From Candidatus Gastranaerophilales bacterium (lineage in GTDB: Bacteria > Cyanobacteriota > Vampirovibrionia > Gastranaerophilales > Gastranaerophilaceae): a stretch of DNA of 64,000 nt. Of this stretch, positions 57,038-64,000 are shown piece after piece. The DNA lies in assembly GCA_944323395.1 (NCBI GenBank), contig CALUSI010000010.1:9359-73358 (forward strand). The letters run 5' to 3'. Within the stretch, counting starts at the first letter, position 1. Each line of letters begins with the position of its first letter. The notes beneath the pieces are model-generated. The model saw nothing but the letters and a program-made list of their open reading frames with translations. It had not been told where the DNA came from and made no database searches. The translations under genes and the position numbers were made by a program.

Positions 57038-57220
57038 AATACTTAATAATCTTGGGAGGAGATTTGGGGATTTGTTACAACTATAATAATTCACTTTTAT
57101 AAAAAAGTTTATATTTTTATTTATGATTTTAATAAAAATTTACATTGTATTGATTTTATTTTTATTTCTTTACTGGAAAAAAATATCTTTTTTATATAAA
57201 ATCATGTAGAGAGGTGGGAC

Positions 57221-58786
57221 ATGTTAAACAATATATCGTTTTTTTTGTTATTAATATTTTTTCTTTATGTTGCAGTTTTTACAATTTACTTTTCAATAAT
57301 AGTTGCAGCTAGTTTTATTAACTTTAAAAAGAAACAGAAAACACCATTAAAAAGAGAATATAAAAATCTGATTGTTATTATATATTCACACAATAATGAA
57401 AAAACAATTGTAAATCTTTTAGAACAATTAAACAAACAAGATTATCCAAAAGGAAACTACCAAATTCATATTATATTAGATAATTGTACAGATGATTCAT
57501 CCAATAGACTTGAGTTTGTTGGAGGAGCAAAGTTATGGCGCCTTTCAGACGATATGCCTTTAGGTCGAGATAAAGCCATTTCATGGTTATTAGAAAATCT
57601 AATGTCTTTTAAAAAAGTAGACGGTTATGTCTTTTTAAACGCAAATAGAATTGTAAAGACAGACTTTTTATCAACAATAAATGAATCATTACAAGAAAAT
57701 AAAGTTGTTGTAGGTTCAACAGAAATATTCTTAGAAGATGCTGATTATTATGAAAAAGTTTGGTCTAATGTGAATACATATAATTCCAATATAATGAAAC
57801 TTGGACGTTCACGTCTTGGTTTAGCAGTCCCAATAGACTCAGATATTACAGCAATTACACATGATGTACTAGAAAAAGTTCAATGTATTGATTTTAAAGA
57901 TGCTAACTCTGAATTAAAGTACTCATTTCTTTTAACTAGTGTAAATTATCCGCCGAAATTCGTACCGGAAATTAAAACTTATGTATCATCAATGGACTAT
58001 GAATTAAGAAGACCAGATTTTACATTTAAAATGAATTTATTTTATCATTGCTTCAACATTAAAGCGATTTTTAACATAAAATTTGCCGAGTTTTTATTTT
58101 CACTATTCAAACCAAACCCAATAATCCTAATAGCAATGCTTGTAATAATTGGAACATATTCATTTAACTATTACTTTTTATTTGATTTTCCATGGTCGGT
58201 ATTCTTAGCTATAGTCTTAGCAATCGCATTTGGTTTGTCGATATATAAGACAAATTTATATATTAAACCATTGTTTTATCTATTAGCCTGCCCATTCTAT
58301 ACTTTATCTGACACAATTTGCGGACTTACTATTTTTAAGAAAATATTTAAATTCAAGAAGAAAAAACAAGAAATTGATATAGAAAAGATAACAGTTCCAG
58401 TAAGTGTTACAAATGGAAGAAATGTTTTTTCTTGTACAATGGATTTAATATCAGAAGGTGGATTTAAAAAAGCTATTTTTAGGTACAAAAATAAAAAACA
58501 AGAAACTGTTCAAAGTTATGTAAGAATGTGTGATGCAGTCAAAAATATTTCAGATATTCTTGAGCAACATGGCTTTAGAATGAAAATTTGTCAATCTTGT
58601 GCTTATTTTTCTCCCAAAATCGATGGTACAAACAACATGGTAAAAGGATATTGCAATCAAAAAGCAGTAGAAGATGCAAATTGCGCAGAATTTCCGGAAA
58701 CACTTCTTTGGTCATCTTGCCAGTATTATATACCTCAAGAAGTTAATAATGTTATAGATATATCAAGTTATATTAAGAATCGCTAA
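57221..58786 (+). CDS. membrane-embedded family-2 glycosyltransferase (synthase-like) with PilZ-like and Cys-rich C-terminal extension
   Basis: N-terminal TM helix, GT2 core (IVIIYSHNNE...ILDNCTDDS), a TM bundle around residues 290-370, then VSVTNGRNVFSCTMDLISEGG and CQSC...C...C...C. Confidence 0.72.
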   Translation: MLNNISFFLLLIFFLYVAVFTIYFSIIVAASFINFKKKQKTPLKREYKNLIVIIYSHNNEKTIVNLLEQLNKQDYPKGNYQIHIILDNCTDDSSNRLEFVGGAKLWRLSDDMPLGRDKAISWLLENLMSFKKVDGYVFLNANRIVKTDFLSTINESLQENKVVVGSTEIFLEDADYYEKVWSNVNTYNSNIMKLGRSRLGLAVPIDSDITAITHDVLEKVQCIDFKDANSELKYSFLLTSVNYPPKFVPEIKTYVSSMDYELRRPDFTFKMNLFYHCFNIKAIFNIKFAEFLFSLFKPNPIILIAMLVIIGTYSFNYYFLFDFPWSVFLAIVLAIAFGLSIYKTNLYIKPLFYLLACPFYTLSDTICGLTIFKKIFKFKKKKQEIDIEKITVPVSVTNGRNVFSCTMDLISEGGFKKAIFRYKNKKQETVQSYVRMCDAVKNISDILEQHGFRMKICQSCAYFSPKIDGTNNMVKGYCNQKAVEDANCAEFPETLLWSSCQYYIPQEVNNVIDISSYIKNR

Positions 58787-58882
58787 TTGTTAAGAAATCT
58801 CAATATAATTATTCTCTAGTTCAAGTTTATAAGACAAAATGTCGATATTTATTAATGTATAAATGTAGATTGGAGAAAAAAA

Positions 58883-59626
58883 ATGGGATTATCTTCTTCA
58901 CAAGCCAGACTCTTAATGTTGACATCAAGACTAAGTGATATTGAACTTGGTGAAGTATTGATTTCTCAAAAGCAAAATACTTTGGCTTGGGAAAGTGAAA
59001 AAGCAGCAAAAGAATATCAAGATGCTATTAGTAATTATAAGCTTCAAATCAAAGTTACGGATGGAACAGAAGATAAAGGATATAGGAAAGAAGATGTTAC
59101 ATTTGAAAATATGACATCTATGGGGTATCTTGTTACAAATGCAAACAAGCAGATTTACTTACAAAAAGATGAAAATGGAGAGTGGATTATCCCAAAAGAT
59201 TTAGACGGGAAAGCTCTTCTTAGTATAAATTCTGATGGGAAGGCTACAATTGGAGAAGATACAGAGACTACATATGATATCTTAGATGGAGGAACATATC
59301 TATCTAATAAAACTGTTTTACAAGATGCTATAATGAATGGCCTTTTATTCGTACTTAATACTGCAAATCAAAAGAGCGGAATATCACTAACAACTTTACA
59401 ATCTGAAACACAAATGGAATACATTCTTGATACAACAGATGATGCTGAAGCTCAAAGCAAGTATGAATGTGAAACGGCCAGAATTTCAAGACAAGATAAT
59501 CAACTCGACATGGAATTGCAACAACTCGAAACGCAGCATGAGGCAATAATGAAAGAGTATGATTCTGTCAAAGAAGTAATTAGTAGTAATGTTGATAGAA
59601 CATTTAACTTATTCTCAGATGGTTAA
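58883..59626 (+). CDS. hypothetical protein with helical N- and C-terminal segments
   Basis: ORF with a GGAGAAAAAAA RBS-like sequence upstream. Coiled-coil-like termini (SSSQARLLMLTSRLSDIELGE... and ...QLDMELQQLETQHEAIMKEYD). Confidence 0.5.
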   Translation: MGLSSSQARLLMLTSRLSDIELGEVLISQKQNTLAWESEKAAKEYQDAISNYKLQIKVTDGTEDKGYRKEDVTFENMTSMGYLVTNANKQIYLQKDENGEWIIPKDLDGKALLSINSDGKATIGEDTETTYDILDGGTYLSNKTVLQDAIMNGLLFVLNTANQKSGISLTTLQSETQMEYILDTTDDAEAQSKYECETARISRQDNQLDMELQQLETQHEAIMKEYDSVKEVISSNVDRTFNLFSDG

Positions 59627-59627
59627 A

Positions 59628-59653
59628 AAGACTGAATAAAATCAGTCTTTTTT
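59628..59653 (+). terminator. rho-independent terminator
   Basis: AAGACTGA-ataaaa-TCAGTCTT followed by TTTTT. Confidence 0.8.
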
Positions 59654-59739
59654 ATATATTGTTACTAAATTTATTTTTAAGAAAAAGCAATTATTTTTTT
59701 TATCTGTTTTTATTATCATGTATAAGTAAGGTTTTATAT

Positions 59740-61881
59740 ATGGTAAATGGTATAAATTCTTTTAATGGAACATCGATATTAAACCAAGAGAATGTTCAAA
59801 ACAGATTAGAAAAATCAAAGCAAGTTGTTTCTGATAATTTTGAAAGTAACTCAGCAATAAAAACTTTAAGTGGAGCTACTGGTGAATCAGGATCAATGCG
59901 TAATTCCATTAGTTTAGTTCCCTTATTATATATTTTAGATAAATTTGCTGATAAAAAGATGGGCGGAGAAGTAGAAAAGAGTACCCTTGGGAAAGTAGCA
60001 AAACTAGGTGATAAAATATCTGATTTTTTCCATTTAGGCAATATTTTTTCAGAAGAAAGAGTTGGAAAATTTTCAGAATTTTTGAAAAAGAATCGATTTA
60101 CGAAGTATTTTTCAAACGAATACAAAGCTATACCAAAGTCAACATTAGCACAAAGCCAAACTATAGCAGAAAAATATTCAAGAGAATTAAACGATCTTGT
60201 ACAAAAATTAATTCCGGATTTTACTGAAATGAAATATAATCCGGAAATAATGAAGCAGTTAGATGGTGTAATATCCCCTCAAAGTATAAAATTTATACAA
60301 GATATGGGACCATTAAATAACAGATTAACTCAAAACTATTTAAACTCTGTATCTAAAACATTAACAGAACTTGCAGGAGTTGCAGAAAAACACTTTGGAG
60401 CTATTGGTACAAAAGATAAAGAAATGATTGATGTATTGAAAGCAAATATATCAAAATTTTTATCAGGTGCTGATGATATTTCAGAAAGGGCATTATCCGA
60501 ACAAATTGCAGGTTTACTTTCTCAATTTAGCGATAAAGCACATAGTAATTTACTAAAAAGCAATTCTGTAAACCTTTCAAAAGAAACATTAGATGTTTTA
60601 TCATCAGTATCCAAAAAAAGCTTTTCAAAAGAGCAAATACTATCAGTCGTTGACGATTTTGCAAAACAAGGAATTGAACTTGGCGGTACTGATAAAATCT
60701 CAATTGCAAGGAATAAATTTAGTGCCGCAAATTCAAAGATTGGAAATAGCTTATTAGGTAAAATATTTTCAAAAGGACTACTCAAAACAAAAGATACTAT
60801 AACCTATGGCGGTGGACTTATCTCTATGTTTTTTATGGCAAGTGCCATATATAACTCAGTAAAAGCAGCTAAAGAAGCACCAAAAGGTGAGAAAAAAGCT
60901 ACATTTATGCATGTTTTATCTGAACAATATTTAGGTATGATTCTTTTCCAACCTAGTATTAGCTTGATGTATAAATTAGGTGGAAATAAATATAGAGGCA
61001 TGACCGTTGAAGCAAGAGAAGCACTAAAAAATTTAGTAAAAAACACAAATGCAGACGAAACATTAACCAAAGAAGCATTAAAGGTAGCTAAACTTCAAAG
61101 AAATTTATTAATTAAAGGTGTAGATAAAGATAAAGTTGCCGATTTAGCAGGAAAAAGTATAACAGAGGCAAAGGCCTTAGCTAAATCTTTAAATAAAGAA
61201 GGTGCAAAATTGAAGTTTTGGGAAAAACCTCTAAAATTAATGGGCAGTATATTATCTACCGGTTTAGATAAAATGCAAAAACCCAAATTCATCAATCTTC
61301 CAAAACTTGGAAGAAAGAAATTGCCACAACCAACATTCAAAGGATTCCTTGGTGGTTTAGGTAGGTTTGCATTAATTATGTTTGTTATTCAACCAATCAT
61401 ACAAAAACCAATTACCAAACTGTTCCATAAAATTTTTGGTGAGCCTAAAACCTATCTCGCAAAACAGAATCAACAATCAAATACAAATCAACCAACAAAA
61501 GATACCATGAACCAACAACAAGTGGATAACCAAACAGAAACTAATTTAATCAAGAAATGGACACAACTTCCACAGCAAAATAATAATGGCATTTCAAATC
61601 AAAATATGAATATAAATAATAGCAATCCTGTAATTAATGCTTCGACTCCAATTAGCAAACAAGAACAATCAGATTCACAACCGTTAAAACCCCAACAAAA
61701 TGAGAATATTCCTGCTTTGAATCTATTTAATAAAAATAAAAAAGAATCAGATTCTTCAAGATATATTCCGTCTATTGAACCAGTTCAAGTTCCTGATAAT
61801 TCAGCGGAAATTAAAGCAAAAGTTGATGCAATATTAAAAAGTACTGATAGAGTAATTCAATCTTCAAAGAAGTATTTATAA
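59740..61881 (+). CDS. hypothetical large membrane protein with Q/N-rich C-terminal region
   Basis: Three or four hydrophobic segments (GGLISMFFMASAIY, LGMILFQPSISLMY, LGRFALIMFVIQPII). ATG 59740 is preferred over the track's TTG 59659. Confidence 0.5.
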   Translation: MVNGINSFNGTSILNQENVQNRLEKSKQVVSDNFESNSAIKTLSGATGESGSMRNSISLVPLLYILDKFADKKMGGEVEKSTLGKVAKLGDKISDFFHLGNIFSEERVGKFSEFLKKNRFTKYFSNEYKAIPKSTLAQSQTIAEKYSRELNDLVQKLIPDFTEMKYNPEIMKQLDGVISPQSIKFIQDMGPLNNRLTQNYLNSVSKTLTELAGVAEKHFGAIGTKDKEMIDVLKANISKFLSGADDISERALSEQIAGLLSQFSDKAHSNLLKSNSVNLSKETLDVLSSVSKKSFSKEQILSVVDDFAKQGIELGGTDKISIARNKFSAANSKIGNSLLGKIFSKGLLKTKDTITYGGGLISMFFMASAIYNSVKAAKEAPKGEKKATFMHVLSEQYLGMILFQPSISLMYKLGGNKYRGMTVEAREALKNLVKNTNADETLTKEALKVAKLQRNLLIKGVDKDKVADLAGKSITEAKALAKSLNKEGAKLKFWEKPLKLMGSILSTGLDKMQKPKFINLPKLGRKKLPQPTFKGFLGGLGRFALIMFVIQPIIQKPITKLFHKIFGEPKTYLAKQNQQSNTNQPTKDTMNQQQVDNQTETNLIKKWTQLPQQNNNGISNQNMNINNSNPVINASTPISKQEQSDSQPLKPQQNENIPALNLFNKNKKESDSSRYIPSIEPVQVPDNSAEIKAKVDAILKSTDRVIQSSKKYL

Positions 61882-61916
61882 TTAACATTTTATAAAATAA
61901 ATGATAAAATTTTTTT

Positions 61917-62783
61917 ATGTTGATTCATTATATTTCTCAGTATATTGAATATTTGGAGATTGAATGCGGATTGGCATTAAATACCATTCTTGCATATAGA
62001 AGTGATCTTTATTCATTAGCCAATTTTCTTCAGGAACTTGGCATTAATAATTTCAGTGAAATTCAAAGATTACATATAAATCTATATATAAAGAGACTTT
62101 ATGATAGAAAATATACTCCAAGAAGTATTACAAGAGAGATTGCATCTATAAAAGGTTTCTTTAAATGGTTAAGTATAAATGAATTGATAAAACATAACCC
62201 TGCATTATCAATAGAACAACCAAAACTTCCCAAAAGGTTGCCAAAGGTTTTATCTATGAAAGAAATATCTGAACTTCTAGATACAAACATGACTGTATTA
62301 GATAAAGCAATACTTGAACTATTATATGCTGCAGGTCTAAGAGTTTCAGAACTGGCTGATATTCAAAATAACAACATAGACTTAAATTCTAAATATATAA
62401 GATGTATAGGAAAAGGTTCAAAAGAAAGAATCGTTCCAATTGGTAATAAAGCATGCATTGCAATAAAAAAATATTTAAAAGAACGGGAATATATAGTAAA
62501 AAAATTTAATTTAAATACAAAATATTTATTTATAAAAGACAATGGAAAAAAAATAACAAGACAAGATATATATGTTTTTATTAGAGAACTTGGTAAAAAT
62601 ATCAATAAAGAAATATCACCACATACAATAAGACACTCTTTTGCAACACATCTATTGGAGAATGGTGCTGATTTAAGAGTAGTACAAGAACTTCTTGGTC
62701 ATAGTGATGTTTCTACAACACAACTATATACGCATATTAGCAAAAAAAGACTCAAAGATATCTATTTTTCTATTAATAAATGA
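61917..62783 (+). CDS. XerC/XerD-type tyrosine recombinase (chromosome dimer resolution)
   Basis: Full two-domain architecture. Has ARSDLYSL-like [53 protein letters not shown]. Confidence 0.88.
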   Translation: MLIHYISQYIEYLEIECGLALNTILAYRSDLYSLANFLQELGINNFSEIQRLHINLYIKRLYDRKYTPRSITREIASIKGFFKWLSINELIKHNPALSIEQPKLPKRLPKVLSMKEISELLDTNMTVLDKAILELLYAAGLRVSELADIQNNNIDLNSKYIRCIGKGSKERIVPIGNKACIAIKKYLKEREYIVKKFNLNTKYLFIKDNGKKITRQDIYVFIRELGKNINKEISPHTIRHSFATHLLENGADLRVVQELLGHSDVSTTQLYTHISKKRLKDIYFSINK

Positions 62784-62860
62784 TAAGAAATATTATAAAA
62801 TTAGCAAACTTTTTATTTACCAATTTTATAACAACTGTAAGATAAAAAACAGGTTAAACA

Positions 62861-63313
62861 ATGAAAATTTCAGCATTAAATCATTCAAATTTTGGTAATA
62901 TAAATAAATTACAAAACTTTCAAGGTCTATGGGGGAAGACATCCAGAAATTCGGATTTTGACCAAGCATTAGGCATACCAAAAGTAGAAGAGGTATGTTA
63001 TTACTATCCTTTCCAAGATGAAACAAGGGAAGAAATTCAATCAGTAGTTGAAAAAAATACAGAAGCATATATTGATGAATCAGAAGATACACCAAAATAT
63101 AAGATAAGAGATTGCAGAGTTTGTACTACTTTGCCTTTCCCGAAAGATTATTATTTAAATTATGTAGCATTATCTTCAAAATCAAAATTACAAGATAAAA
63201 TGAAAGTAGTGCATACATACGTAAAAGATAAGTATACGACAAGTGAATACGGACCTAAACAGTCTTCTGCAGTAAATGAAAATCTTGTGCAAAAATTGAA
63301 TATTAATTGTTGA
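62861..63313 (+). CDS. hypothetical protein
   Basis: ORF only. Confidence 0.4.
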   Translation: MKISALNHSNFGNINKLQNFQGLWGKTSRNSDFDQALGIPKVEEVCYYYPFQDETREEIQSVVEKNTEAYIDESEDTPKYKIRDCRVCTTLPFPKDYYLNYVALSSKSKLQDKMKVVHTYVKDKYTTSEYGPKQSSAVNENLVQKLNINC

Positions 63314-63315
63314 TA

Positions 63316-64000
63316 TTATATTAACATTGCAGCCATACAGGCAGAAATGTATGATGTTATGGTTCCGGCGATTAATGCTCTAACTCCCATTCTTGCAAGA
63401 TTTTTTCTTTGATTAGGTGCAATTTCTCCTATACCTGAAATTTGAATTGCAACAGAAGAAAAATTTGCAAATCCTGATAGAGCAAAAGTGGTAATAATAA
63501 AGCTTTTTTCTGATAAAACTTCTCTAATTGCTGTCAAATCTGTGAATGCGATTGCTTCGTTTAATACAAATTTTGTTCCAAGAAGAGAACCAACAGTAGT
63601 AATCTCATTTAGAGGTATACCTATTAATAAAGCAAATACAGAAAATATTTTTCCAAAAATCATTTTTATAGATAAATGTTCGATATCCATACCTATACAA
63701 TTTAAATTAACATGCAATATATTGTGTAAAAAGATTCCAAATTTGCATAAAAAATAATCTATTAAAGCGATTAGTGCAATTAAAGCAATCAGCATTGCAA
63801 GTACATTTAACCCTACCTTCATGCCATCAGAAGCTCCTTTTGAAATAGCATCAAGGACGTTAACATCGGTTCTTCTTCTTCTGATTTTAAAGTCTTTCAT
63901 CGTTTGAGGTTCTAGTGTCTCAGGATATATTATTTTAGATACAACTAAAGCCCCAGGAGCTGCCATTATACAAGCGGCTAACATATATTGAGCAGGAATT
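63316..64000 (-). CDS. concentrative nucleoside transporter (NupC family), C-terminal part; 5' end beyond window
   Basis: The C-terminal sequence (GFANFSSVAIQISGIGEIAPNQRKNLARMGVRALIAGTITSYISACMAAM) is typical of the NupC/CNT family. The reading frame is open to the window edge. Confidence 0.78.
   Translation of the reverse strand, partial: IPAQYMLAACIMAAPGALVVSKIIYPETLEPQTMKDFKIRRRRTDVNVLDAISKGASDGMKVGLNVLAMLIALIALIALIDYFLCKFGIFLHNILHVNLNCIGMDIEHLSIKMIFGKIFSVFALLIGIPLNEITTVGSLLGTKFVLNEAIAFTDLTAIREVLSEKSFIITTFALSGFANFSSVAIQISGIGEIAPNQRKNLARMGVRALIAGTITSYISACMAAMLI

Noticed and set aside
56877-57086. 69-aa plus-strand ORF.
   Set aside because: Its first third is the antisense of tRNA-Arg. 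The rest crosses the tRNA promoter and the orphan terminator.
57064-57102. 12-codon mini-ORF (TTG GGG ATT TGT TAC AAC TAT AAT AAT TCA CTT TTA TAA) just after a GGGAGGAG sequence, as a possible leader peptide for the GT2 synthase.
   Set aside because: SD-start spacing is only about 4 nt and no attenuator structure follows. The GGGAGGAG is equally explained as the complement of the C-rich tract of the candidate minus-strand sRNA.
61917-62783. Second tyrosine recombinase, as a possible integrase of a mobile element near the tRNA.
   Set aside because: The full-length two-domain XerC/XerD signature and the absence of phage, plasmid or transposon genes around it indicate the housekeeping dimer-resolution enzyme.
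31492-63313. Recurrent N-terminal (S/N)F(K/N/Q)G tetrapeptide in three hypothetical proteins: VSFKG in 31492-33213, INSFNG in 59740-61881, NFQGLWG in 62861-63313.
   Set aside because: The motif is too short and its position too variable to distinguish from chance without a genome-wide test.
1-64000. Scan for CRISPR arrays, rRNA genes, IS elements/transposases, toxin-antitoxin pairs and prophage modules.
   Set aside because: No regularly spaced direct repeats, rRNA-like segments, DDE/serine transposase motifs or phage structural genes were recognised. This was a visual scan only, so short or degenerate elements could have been missed.

Overview
AT-rich (about 30% GC by eye), densely packed bacterial chromosome segment. 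All calls come from reading the supplied translations and the DNA; no searches were run. About half the window is housekeeping: trmD-rimM, rlmN, rpsF-ssb-rpsR, trmFO, rsmG, bioA-bioD, ilvA, a UvrD-type helicase, xerC/D-type recombinase, a NarL-type two-component pair, and an LplT-PlsC-Aas triple fusion. KdsB and an MsbA-like exporter suggest a diderm organism. Phylum cannot be assigned from sequence alone. From about 33.3 to 56.9 kb lies a roughly 23-kb surface-glycan island, bounded on the right by tRNA-Arg(ACG). It holds three GT2 enzymes, glf plus a glf 3' remnant, and a CDP-6-deoxyhexose cassette (rfbF, SDR, rfbG, FAD mutase-like). It also holds four DUF4422-type paralogs (three fused to GT8, one additionally to a Cst-like module), a kdsB-centred cassette containing a DRE-TIM aldolase fusion, and an ABC exporter. 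The most interesting feature sits inside this island. A FimB/E-sized tyrosine recombinase gene lies between two divergent glycosyltransferase paralogs. It is bracketed by inverted lox-like dyad sites that share a perfect 14-nt core, and a near-consensus outward promoter sits just inside the right site. This looks like a recombinase-carrying invertible toggle switch. Other candidates: a possible PEP-independent route to a CMP-activated ulosonic acid, a short hairpin-like peptide motif shared by unrelated glycosyltransferases, a TadZ-like plus Walker-A-less CpaF-like pair, and two candidate small transcripts. No rRNA, CRISPR array, transposase or prophage was seen.
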